From: a virus
Taxonomy: Duplodnaviria > Heunggongvirae > Uroviricota > Caudoviricetes
Direction: 5' to 3' (one strand)
DNA length: 23,498 bases
Virus record (IMG/VR): IMGVR_UViG_2617270976_000016
Coordinates: 1-23,498 of that record
A program made the position numbers and the translations under genes. The notes under the pieces are model-generated. The model was not told where the DNA came from. It saw nothing but the letters and a program-made list of their open reading frames with translations, and did not search any database. Below are positions 8,864 to 16,709 of this stretch, one piece after another (positions within the stretch are counted from its first letter, which is position 1; the number at the start of each line of letters is the position of its first letter).

Positions 8864-10189
8864 TAACCAGTTCTCCTGTTAGTGTTCCAGCGCATCATTG
8901 CTTTCGAAATGTCACCTTTCCCACTGGCAAGGTCGCTGGCTGCCTGTTGATATCCAAGTTTTGCCCCCTCTGCCATGGCTTGCTTCATCATGGAGATCTG
9001 AGTATCAGACGGATCACCGTTAACATTCATGTTAATAACGGGAGAGAAGCTTGCTCCGCTGGTTGATTGTTGATTTACTCTGTCCAGTGTTTCATCAAGC
9101 TTTGCTGACGTCTGAGAGGTCACAACTCGCTCACCTTTCTGGAGCAACCATGTTCCTGTTTCCGGGACGCTATCAATACCATCGTGCGCCATACCTGCCA
9201 GGGCAGAAGTACCAACTGCTGCAACAAGTGGTGCAGTTACTGCCGCAGCTGTTGCCATCGCTGCAGGTGCAAGCGCGGGACCAACGATAGGAATTGCCGC
9301 TGTCGATGCGTATGCTGCGATTTGAGCCTGCAAAGATGATGCCTGTGCGTTTGCCAGCATTGATGCCGCTGCGCTTGCCTGAGTGGATTTACCTACCAGC
9401 AATTGCACTGCCTGATATACCAGCCATTGCGCCGCCATATCAGAAAGGGTTTTAATGATTGTTTCACCAAGACCAGAGAAAATATTACTGAAGAAATCAC
9501 CTAAATCTTCTGCACCGTGCACAAGGTCATTAAGGTTGTCAGAAATAACCGAGGTTGCTCCACCAAGAATAGAAGTCATCGCATCTGCAGCAGTCTGGTA
9601 ATAATCAGCTGATTTATCAGCATAATCATTCAACGAGTCCATTATCCCGCTTTGCCAGTCGCCCATCTGAGCATCAGACTTTTTGTAGTAGTCCTCCTGA
9701 ATATCAAGACGGTCATCAAGCGCCTGCTGTAACGCTGCCGTTTCCTGGTCATAAAGCGATTTGCTTATATCACCACTTTGGTACTGTTTCTGTAGATCTT
9801 GCTGCCTGTCGAGAAAACTACGATGGATATCCAGCAATTCCTTCATGCGCTGGCGAGTCTTGTCTCCCATACCTGCGCCGATAAAATCAGAATCATTAGC
9901 TGCCTGGTCATTCTGATTTTGCTTACGTAAATTAGCGGTAAATTCGACAAGTTTCAGATTTTCTTCGTTGGCTTTTTTAAGTGAGTTGAGGCGATCTATC
10001 TCAGTAGCAAGTTGCTCAAGTCGCTCTTTCTGAGCTGCATTAATTCCTGTTAATTTCCCAGATGTAAAATCAAAACGCAGCTTCTCAAGCTCGGTTAGAG
10101 GCCAAACAGATATCGGAATGGAACGCTGGCATAAACCAGCACAACGAAGTACGCCAGCAATGATATAGCGGGGCGATGTCTTGCCCCTT
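8863..10189 (-). pseudogene. Tail tape-measure protein, 3' remnant (N-terminal part deleted)
   Basis: Ala/Gly-rich hydrophobic C-terminal region typical of tape-measure proteins; frame is open with no start codon from 9870 up to a stop near 10190; first ATG only at 9870; no upstream head or tail-tube genes. Confidence 0.5.
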
Positions 10190-10271
10190 CACGCTGGTAG
10201 AACATCAGGACAAGGACAATGACTGCACAAATACCTGCATTCACCATCGCTGACGGATCACTTGTTACCAT
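10095..10271 (-). CDS. Small two-helix membrane protein (possible holin/antiholin-like)
   Basis: About 58 aa from ATG 10271; two hydrophobic segments; start overlaps the end of the upstream holin-like gene. Confidence 0.3.
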   Translation of the reverse strand: MVTSDPSAMVNAGICAVIVLVLMFYQREGARHRPAISLLAYFVVLVYASVPFRYLFGL

Positions 10272-10653
10272 TGCTGGCCCCTCCTCCACGGAATCGCGAA
10301 AGAATACTGAACAGGCTTCCCAAATCCTGACTGTTGAAAAATGTGAGCACTTTGATTGTCATCGCCGCCACTACAACAGCACCAAGTGCGTCTAATGGTC
10401 TGTCACTATACCCGGTAGCCTGTGACAACTTTGAACCAACCAGGCCAGCAGCAAGAACGCCAACAATGAATGACGTCATGAAGTAAGCAATCAATCGTAC
10501 TCGTGTGATATTTGCCGCTGTCGCTACATAAAATACTGCACCAGCGAATGCGCCAAATACCACGCCATAATCAATACCGGTTGCAAGACCAAATACGCTG
10601 GCTCCCATCAGGCCACCAGCCGCAACCGTAGTGCCAGAAACAGGATCGGACAT
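10258..10653 (-). CDS. Holin-like membrane protein
   Basis: 131 aa from ATG 10653 with strong RBS GAGGGGG; Gly/Ala-rich transmembrane segments; first gene after the Q-proximal cassette. Confidence 0.45.
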   Translation of the reverse strand: MSDPVSGTTVAAGGLMGASVFGLATGIDYGVVFGAFAGAVFYVATAANITRVRLIAYFMTSFIVGVLAAGLVGSKLSQATGYSDRPLDALGAVVVAAMTIKVLTFFNSQDLGSLFSILSRFRGGGASNGNK

Positions 10654-10695
10654 TAAGCCCCCTCTTATTGCTGTGAGTCCTCTCAAAACGAGGGG

Positions 10696-10730
10696 ATAAA
10701 AAAAGCCACTTTAATGTGGCTTATGTTTTT
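10696..10730. terminator. Intrinsic terminator downstream of the orphan membrane-protein gene
   Basis: Hairpin AAGCCAC-TTTAAT-GTGGCTT with A-run before and T-run after, so it can act on either strand. Confidence 0.45.
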
Positions 10731-10746
10731 GAATAAATTTTGAAAA

Positions 10747-11352
10747 TTAGTCATTAAGATATTTATTAGCGTCTGATATAAAACCAGAATATCTTCCTGT
10801 CCAGCCCATAGAATTCTCCATAGTGGATATATGTTTCTTTATTATTGTGGAAAGATAAGTGTGAATATCATTTATTGATTTCTTAAAGGCACACCCTTTT
10901 TCGTCTTCAAGTATTGATATCAGCAAACTTACTTTATATTTTTCTAGTTCAAGTAATGCATCCGACATTTTCTTTTCAATATCAGGACGTGTAAAGCTGT
11001 AACCAATGCGGCCTTCTCTAAGCCATTCGGTATGCAACTCATGAACTTTTGTGAGCTGGTAAGCATATTCACTGACATTAATTCTTACATGGGCAGCATA
11101 GTTTCTCTTGTCTTCCCTGCTTTGCTGATATCTAACCGATTCGTTATTTTGGCGTATAACATATAAAGAGATGAGAGCAGGAACCAAACCGCTTATAAAA
11201 GCAGCTATAATAGTTTCCCATGAAAATGAGGAGTCTACTGAAACTGTCGCAATTTTATCAATACTTATCGTGTCTGCTACACGTTCTTTCACATAAAGAA
11301 ATGGTATGCCTAACCACATATTGAGACCTTTATTATTTAAAAAGGCCATCAT
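10747..11352 (-). CDS. Hypothetical membrane-anchored protein (moron; no family recognised)
   Basis: 201 aa from tandem ATG ATG at 11352-11347; one predicted TM helix (WETIIAAFISGLVPALISLYVI) then helical soluble domain; markedly AT-rich; bracketed by terminators. Confidence 0.5.
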   Translation of the reverse strand: MMAFLNNKGLNMWLGIPFLYVKERVADTISIDKIATVSVDSSFSWETIIAAFISGLVPALISLYVIRQNNESVRYQQSREDKRNYAAHVRINVSEYAYQLTKVHELHTEWLREGRIGYSFTRPDIEKKMSDALLELEKYKVSLLISILEDEKGCAFKKSINDIHTYLSTIIKKHISTMENSMGWTGRYSGFISDANKYLND

Positions 11353-11386
11353 AACAAAAACCCGCACAATGGCGGGTTTCTTTTTT
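11353..11386. terminator. tR-prime-like intrinsic terminator immediately downstream of the Q gene
   Basis: Hairpin CCCGC-loop-GCGGG flanked by T-runs on both strands; the minus-strand T-run ends at the ATG of the next gene. Confidence 0.5.
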
Positions 11387-11428
11387 GTTCTGTTGCTCAG
11401 TTCGCTTTAACGTCCCGAGCCTACCACA

Positions 11429-11457
11429 ATTTAAGCACTTTCTTGCTCACCCTGCAA
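11429..11457 (-). promoter_or_regulatory. Candidate late promoter PR-prime (-35 TTGCAG, 17-bp spacer, -10 TTAAAT overlapping the Q stop codon)
   Basis: Hexamers read on minus strand; predicted transcript of roughly 60-70 nt ends at the terminator at 11353-11386. Confidence 0.35.
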
Positions 11458-12009
11458 CTTAAATCTGTCGCTATTTGTGCCGAATGCGTCACAAACTGGA
11501 GCGTACAGGATCGATTCTGCCAGACTTAGCCAAGTGTCAATGCGTCGACGACAGGTAATCAGCGGCCAGTCAGAATGTTTAGCCTGCAATTCATTGGCCA
11601 TCTGCAACTTGCTTTTACGTAGGCGATGGCGATCGACAATCACGCTATAGAGCGATCGGTAGTCATCATTCATCAGTACAGAAGCAATCACACCGTCCAC
11701 TAACAGCCCTTCTTCGTCTGAACAGAACGCCAGGCCGCTTTTATTTTTGCTGTTGAGGATTTCACGCAGGTACACTTCAAGTTCTGGTTTGCTGATACCC
11801 GCTTTCTTCATCCGGCGTAGCGCTTCGTTAATTGCCGTTTTGGTGATTTTCCCGGATGCCAGAAGCTGGTTAAACATGTTCCCACCACTACCACCGCCGA
11901 TATAAGACCAGCGGCCCCACATGCGCAACTTACCCTGTATCCAGATGCTTTCCAGAGTACGAAGACGAACCATTTCACCAGATTTACCAACTTCAGAAGG
12001 ATTAATCAT
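11431..12009 (-). CDS. Late-gene antitermination protein Q-like
   Basis: 192 aa; W-G-R-W motif region (LRMWGRWSY) resembling Q-family antiterminators; sits between nin-like genes and the lysis module; RBS GGAGA. Confidence 0.55.
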   Translation of the reverse strand: MINPSEVGKSGEMVRLRTLESIWIQGKLRMWGRWSYIGGGSGGNMFNQLLASGKITKTAINEALRRMKKAGISKPELEVYLREILNSKNKSGLAFCSDEEGLLVDGVIASVLMNDDYRSLYSVIVDRHRLRKSKLQMANELQAKHSDWPLITCRRRIDTWLSLAESILYAPVCDAFGTNSDRFKLQGEQESA

Positions 12010-12023
12010 TTAGCGTTCTCCAC

Positions 12024-13013
12024 TTACGCCAGTACGCCGATTGCCAGCGCACGATCTATAACCCGAAACACCAGGACCAGCTGGTCACCGTATTTCGCTT
12101 CAAATGCCACAGGATCAGCATGCAACTCGTCGTGATGCTCTCTGCACAGAGGAATCACAAACAGGTCGTGTGCCTTTGTACCCATTCCACCCTGCCCGTG
12201 GCCAATCAGATGGTGGGGGTCGTCAGCTTGCTTGTTACAGCAGACACACGGCTGGGACTTAACCCATCTCGTGTATTTCTCATTTACCCAGCGACGACGC
12301 TTGGGTTTAAGCATGAAGGATTCCGGCGTCTCCGGGTCTACCTTCATTGCCACTATCTTTTTCGCTTTCTCCTGTACCAGTTGTTGAGCGGGTAATGTCG
12401 GAACAATATCGCTTTCACGTGTTACCGACTGGTTAGTCTCTTCCTTCAGACGAAGGGCTTTATAGGCTACGGCTTCAGGTATCTCGTCAGCCAGGTCGTT
12501 CCTTACCATCCACCAGCAAAACTCCGGCAGCGTAAGAACGTGGTCTTCATTGAAGCCTAATTGACCGTTTACGACCTTCAGAAGCCAGGATACCAGGTTT
12601 TGGCGGGCAATACCCGCCAGACCTTCAGTGAACTGCTCACGAATTTTTAAGTCACAGCCCCAGCACGTGCGGATTGAGCCAGGCGCATGTCGGGTGATGG
12701 TGTAGTTGCGATCGTGCCACTCGCTATGTGGGTACTGACATTCCAGTTTTCTTTCGAGCCATGCATCCAATGAATTGAGGCCACCAGCACGATGTATTAC
12801 CTTCTGATTTTCGAAGACATCACGCATTAGCGGATCGTTCTGAAGCTCCTGAGTAGTCTCAGGCAGCATACCAGAAGGTAACTCAGCCATTGACTCTGCC
12901 TGTGGCTCTATAAGGACACGTCCACGTCTGAACAGATGCATCAGTTCACTGCCTGGGCGAAATATCACTACCCCGGTCATGGGTGCCACTTCAGGTGTCA
13001 GTAGTACCCTCAC
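12024..13013 (-). CDS. DUF968-like phage protein with C-terminal Cys/His cluster
   Basis: 329 aa; C-terminal CVCC…HH…H…C…HH pattern; GTG start at 13013 overlaps upstream stop as GTGA (alternative ATG at 12980). Confidence 0.45.
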   Translation of the reverse strand: MRVLLTPEVAPMTGVVIFRPGSELMHLFRRGRVLIEPQAESMAELPSGMLPETTQELQNDPLMRDVFENQKVIHRAGGLNSLDAWLERKLECQYPHSEWHDRNYTITRHAPGSIRTCWGCDLKIREQFTEGLAGIARQNLVSWLLKVVNGQLGFNEDHVLTLPEFCWWMVRNDLADEIPEAVAYKALRLKEETNQSVTRESDIVPTLPAQQLVQEKAKKIVAMKVDPETPESFMLKPKRRRWVNEKYTRWVKSQPCVCCNKQADDPHHLIGHGQGGMGTKAHDLFVIPLCREHHDELHADPVAFEAKYGDQLVLVFRVIDRALAIGVLA

Positions 13014-13735
13014 GCTATCTGCCCCTTAGCAATATGCTCTGCCCACAGGCCACCAATCCAGCGAACACCCTTGGCGGTGAAGCGGGACTGATTGAATGCG
13101 TAATTTGTCTGGTTTGTCGTGCCCGTCTTCACCTCGAAGCGCCCTGCTTCGATATGTTTGCTCTTTGGTGTGAGAACACGGTTAAGCCGGTACATGATGC
13201 CGTTCTCAATCAGGAACATCGCAAACTCTGGCTCTTTGGCATTAAGCAGCTTTGCAACCTGTCGGAATGTCATTGAACCAGTCGCCGTCACATAACGATC
13301 GACGAACTCAGCTTTCGGCGCGGCTACTGCCAGTTCTTCACTCAGGCGCTGTTTCTGTTCTGCCAGATCAGCAGCAAGGCGCAGGGCCTCGGGAAGTGAC
13401 CGGGGGACAATCATTCCACCGTTGCTCTCCAGTTCCTGCCAGCGGTCAACAAGTCGGGCGGTAAACTCCGGCGATAACTGGGCAACGATCACATAGCTGT
13501 CTCGTTTGTTCACTTCGTAGTGATGGTAGGTCTGCCCGTTCTGGGGATGGGTGTACTGCAATGCAGCATACCCTCCAATCACACCGGAATTCATAAGGCG
13601 CTCTATCGTTACGCAGACATTGCTATGCCGGGAATCAACCAGTTTCGCAATCTCACGGCTGGACATAGTGATCTGCTGCCCTACCGTTGCTGCATGATGG
13701 GTCGGACACGTTACTGTTATGCTCATCTGTTGCAT
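13010..13735 (-). CDS. Phage regulatory protein Rha / KilAC-domain antirepressor-like
   Basis: N-terminal Rha-like motif (MSSREIAKLVDSRHSNV) and C-terminal KilAC-like segment; start set at ATG 13735 with RBS GGAGA, downstream of the rusA stop. Confidence 0.55.
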   Translation of the reverse strand: MQQMSITVTCPTHHAATVGQQITMSSREIAKLVDSRHSNVCVTIERLMNSGVIGGYAALQYTHPQNGQTYHHYEVNKRDSYVIVAQLSPEFTARLVDRWQELESNGGMIVPRSLPEALRLAADLAEQKQRLSEELAVAAPKAEFVDRYVTATGSMTFRQVAKLLNAKEPEFAMFLIENGIMYRLNRVLTPKSKHIEAGRFEVKTGTTNQTNYAFNQSRFTAKGVRWIGGLWAEHIAKGQIA

Positions 13736-13751
13736 GCTCTGTCTCCACTTA

Positions 13752-14141
13752 TCAGGCGGCTGCACCCGCCACGGTTTCAAATCGGCTGATCGTTATCTCT
13801 ACCCTTCCAGGCTTTACTACAGGCCCCCATTCGATTGCCATCCGTTTAACCTGACTGTCGTCTTCCCAGACTCTGGCATTCGTCAGTGCGTCGAACAGCG
13901 CTTTGTTGTAATTGTCCAGATCCCGCCGTCTGTTATCTGGCGGGAAAAGAACTATGTTTACCTCAACGTTGACGTTAACTGGTTTAGGTATACCGCCGTA
14001 CTGCTCAACAACAGATGCGTAAACGTTCTTCTTGAATTTCCTACCCATCTCACTGATCAGATGCTTACCCTTTAACGCTCCACGGTCAGGTGACCGGTAA
14101 TAGGTGTTAACTGTTGGCGGGAATGGCAGCGTTAATTTCAT
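13752..14141 (-). CDS. rusA: RusA-family Holliday-junction resolvase
   Basis: 129 aa from ATG 14141; motifs LTLPFPPTVNTYY and RRRDLDNYNKALFDALT match RusA; ATGA overlap with upstream ORF. Confidence 0.8.
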   Translation of the reverse strand: MKLTLPFPPTVNTYYRSPDRGALKGKHLISEMGRKFKKNVYASVVEQYGGIPKPVNVNVEVNIVLFPPDNRRRDLDNYNKALFDALTNARVWEDDSQVKRMAIEWGPVVKPGRVEITISRFETVAGAAA

Positions 14142-14428
14142 TGCTGAACACCCCTCGCTTCCAGCCATGACAAGGCGCGTTCTCTTGAATCACTCTCACC
14201 GTTAATGAGTGACTTGATGATCGATATCGCGTCTGCCTCATCATTTCCTGAAATAACGGTGATCCCCCTGGAAACTCCAGGTGCTACTGAGATATATCCC
14301 TTCTTCGCTATATAACCCGTTGAGTTTCTGGCTCCCACCGGATAACCCTGACTGGGACGCCGTAGCTGTCTTTGAACCGTCTGTTGAGTGCTCGCATTCG
14401 ACCTTCTCCACCTGGCCGTTGAAATCAC
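14138..14428 (-). CDS. Hypothetical nin-region protein (possibly 3' part of a frameshifted gene)
   Basis: 96-aa frame whose stop overlaps the rusA start as ATGA; only its C-terminal half looks protein-like. Confidence 0.3.
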   Translation of the reverse strand: MISTARWRRSNASTQQTVQRQLRRPSQGYPVGARNSTGYIAKKGYISVAPGVSRGITVISGNDEADAISIIKSLINGESDSRERALSWLEARGVQQ

Positions 14429-14576
14429 CTACAACCCAATCGGCAAACTGGTAGCAGACAGGCTCAAAGCATCCGGATACCATTACCCCATACACGAACT
14501 GCGCCGGACCTTTTCCACCCGGCATAGGTCGAGCAATAAGTTGCGACCTGCGGTACTGTGTTGTTACACTGTTCAT
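14241..14576 (-). CDS. Hypothetical nin-region protein (possibly 5' part of a frameshifted gene)
   Basis: 111-aa ORF with RBS GGAGA; overlaps the next ORF by about 190 nt in a different frame. Confidence 0.3.
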   Translation of the reverse strand: MNSVTTQYRRSQLIARPMPGGKGPAQFVYGVMVSGCFEPVCYQFADWVVGDFNGQVEKVECEHSTDGSKTATASQSGLSGGSQKLNGLYSEEGIYLSSTWSFQGDHRYFRK

Positions 14577-14637
14577 GCGTTAGTTTCTCCACTGAATACG
14601 ACACGCCACGACGCCAGGAGCTGCACACTCGCTGGCG

Positions 14638-15102
14638 TCACTTCTTTTGACGGCGGCTGAATAAGGCCACAATCGCGCGGATCTCTTCTTCACGTGCTGC
14701 CAAATGACGGCGGTGATGTTCCTGAATCTCTTCGGCTTCATGCTTTTCAATCACTCCATCCTCAAGCGCCTTCTGGATAATCTGATCAACCTGACCTCTT
14801 GCAGCTGCTGTACGCATTGCTCGACTGAACAAGTCAACACGGTCAAGATCTTCCAGGCTTGGTACATCCACCAGCAGCGCACCGCGACGCTTAGCAAAGT
14901 AGTCAGCAACGAATGACGTGTTGGAAATGTCTTCCATCGCTTCCAACTCGGTGACTTCAAAGAAACGACAACCGTTTTTCTCGTAAAGGTTGTTGTTGAA
15001 TTGGGTTTCTGACATGCCCAACGCACCAGCCATAGCTTGACGGCCTCCTGGGTACGCCTTACACATCGCTTTCACTACTTCTTTCAAAGTTTGCTCTACC
15101 AT
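14638..15102 (-). CDS. CII-like / YdaT-like phage regulatory protein
   Basis: 154 aa from ATG 15102 with RBS AAGGA; immediately downstream of cro-like gene, the usual position of cII; charged helical C-terminus. Confidence 0.4.
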   Translation of the reverse strand: MVEQTLKEVVKAMCKAYPGGRQAMAGALGMSETQFNNNLYEKNGCRFFEVTELEAMEDISNTSFVADYFAKRRGALLVDVPSLEDLDRVDLFSRAMRTAAARGQVDQIIQKALEDGVIEKHEAEEIQEHHRRHLAAREEEIRAIVALFSRRQKK

Positions 15103-15127
15103 CTTGTTTTTCCTTTGGTAGTTATGT

Positions 15128-15325
15128 TTAAGCTGCTGTGTCTGTAGACTTTTGGTAAAGGCTGGCATCGTATTTAAGCTTGCCTTTAGTGATACGTTCG
15201 ATAACAAAAGCTTGCTTCTGAGGGATCACATCACCCCATCTGCACACTGCAGGATGGGAAATTCCCAAAACACTCGCGGTTTTTGATACCCCTCCGAAGT
15301 GTTCTATGACGTCAGTTTTAAGCAT
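15128..15325 (-). CDS. Cro-like (YdaS-like) HTH repressor
   Basis: 65 aa; HTH segment (SKTASVLGISHPAVCRW); divergent from cI across an operator-rich intergenic region; RBS GGAGG. Confidence 0.7.
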   Translation of the reverse strand: MLKTDVIEHFGGVSKTASVLGISHPAVCRWGDVIPQKQAFVIERITKGKLKYDASLYQKSTDTAA

Positions 15326-15417
15326 GGTTCCTCCTGGTTAACTCACGCCTTAAAGGTAACAAAAGGTACATTAAATAGCAAACAACAGTTACAAGGAATC
15401 AATGTAACATTGGTTAC
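15326..15417. promoter_or_regulatory. OR-like operator/promoter region between cro and cI
   Basis: Contains 21-bp motif AAGGTAACAAAAGGTACATTA (15353-15373), perfect palindrome TGTAACATTGGTTACA (15403-15418) and further GTAAC/GTTAC half-sites; cI ATG has no SD. Confidence 0.55.
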
Positions 15418-16077
15418 ATGAAAACAGAGATGAAAGACCGAATAAGATCCCGGCGAGTCCAGCTCGATATAACTCAGCAGACCCTGGCTAAACGCCTTGG
15501 GGTGAGTAGAGTGTCCGTTACCAAATGGGAGAACGGTACAACTAAGCCTGACGGAGAAAACCTTCACCAACTAGCGATGGCTTTACAGACCACTCCTGAA
15601 TGGATTCTTTACGGCAAGGGTGATGAGACTCAAGATGACACCAAAGTTATCCCATACCTGAAGCCACCTACCGCCGTTCCTATTATCTCTGCTGTTCAGG
15701 CCGGGGTATGGACTGATACCTATGCATGCTCAAGGCTTACTGATGTGATTTCATGGACTCAAACCACAGCAAACGTTTCTGATGAAGTTTTCGGATTGGT
15801 GGTTCGTGGTGAGTCAATGACTAACCCACATGGACTTCCATCAATTCCGGAGGGCTCAATCGTTATTGTTGAGCCACATTACGGACAACTTGATGACCTG
15901 TATGGGAAAATTGTCGTAGCAATACTTGATGGTTCAGCAGAAGCGACTGTGAAGAAACTTGTTTGGGATAGCCCTTACTCATATCTCATGCCGCTTAATC
16001 CCGCCTTTAAGCCGATCCCCATTGATGGCAATTGCCGCATTGTAGGAAAAGTTGTTCAGATAACGCAGAACATCTAA
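15418..16077 (+). CDS. CI-type prophage repressor (N-terminal HTH, C-terminal LexA-like S24 peptidase domain)
   Basis: 219 aa; HTH (QQTLAKRLGVSRVSVTKWENG) and S24-like C-terminus (GESM…, VVKK…) read from translation. Confidence 0.85.
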   Translation: MKTEMKDRIRSRRVQLDITQQTLAKRLGVSRVSVTKWENGTTKPDGENLHQLAMALQTTPEWILYGKGDETQDDTKVIPYLKPPTAVPIISAVQAGVWTDTYACSRLTDVISWTQTTANVSDEVFGLVVRGESMTNPHGLPSIPEGSIVIVEPHYGQLDDLYGKIVVAILDGSAEATVKKLVWDSPYSYLMPLNPAFKPIPIDGNCRIVGKVVQITQNI

Positions 16078-16090
16078 GTAACTCATTTCT

Positions 16091-16120
16091 AATGCCAGAT
16101 ATCATTCTGGCATTTTTTTC
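16091..16120 (+). terminator. Intrinsic terminator after cI
   Basis: Stem AATGCCAGA/TCTGGCATT with 6-nt loop followed by TTTTTTT. Confidence 0.5.
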
Positions 16121-16126
16121 GCCTTC

Positions 16127-16184
16127 AAGGTAACAAAAAGTACATTAACTTACTTGACCGTCATGGTAACTAAAGGTACATTTA
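16127..16184. promoter_or_regulatory. OL-like operator region with candidate rightward early promoter (-35 TTGACC 16154-16159, -10 TACATT 16177-16182)
   Basis: Two copies of the OR operator motif (16127-16147 matches 20 of 21; 16163-16184 GGTAACTAAAGGTACATTT) overlapping the hexamers. Confidence 0.5.
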
Positions 16185-16243
16185 AAACACACCAGACGAA
16201 CCCATAGTTACATTCATCTGGTGATGCCTCGGTATCCTGTAAT

Positions 16244-16281
16244 GGCTGTCACTCCCCGCACTTTGTGGCAGCCATCTTTTT
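16244..16281 (+). terminator. Promoter-proximal intrinsic terminator downstream of the candidate early promoter
   Basis: 9-bp stem GGCTGTCAC/GTGGCAGCC (one G-U pair), 12-nt loop, then ATCTTTTT. Confidence 0.4.
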
Positions 16282-16709
16282 AGGGAGCATAAGGCGGTCG
16301 CGGTAAGCATCTCGCAGGGTTCTTACCGGGACTGGAAGAGTTACCACTTGGAGACGGTCCTTTTAAATGTCCTGGACAGTGGCGCTTTGGTCGCGATAAC
16401 AACCACTCCAGTTGATCCTGGGAGTTATCAGGTCAGTGAGATGCCAGCACTCTCGACGGCAGTGACAGCCGGAAGTAGACGGCGCAGCCCAGACGATATC
16501 TGAGTGGCTATAAAAACAGATGGACGTCGGTGGAATCCCGACAAATGGGTTTCATGTACCGAATGAACACATGATGACGCGGGGAAAGAACCGTGACAGG
16601 AGGGAAGTAGACCCCGCGAACACAACAGGTAAGAGCATTTGTATGTTGGCTGTGATTGTTAAGTCTATCGCAACGCCAAGATTGAAAATAATGCAGTGCT
16701 CTTACCGTT

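Noticed and set aside
10613-12788. Chi-like octamers CCACCAGC at 10613-10620 and 12781-12788
   Set aside because: Two occurrences in 23 kb is about chance expectation for an enterobacterial sequence
10686-13013. Track-listed start codons at 10686, 11367 and 13013
   Set aside because: These are TTG or GTG codons; 11367 lies inside a terminator stem and 10686 encodes the RBS of the real start; replaced by downstream ATGs with good RBS, except 13013 which was kept because of its GTGA coupling
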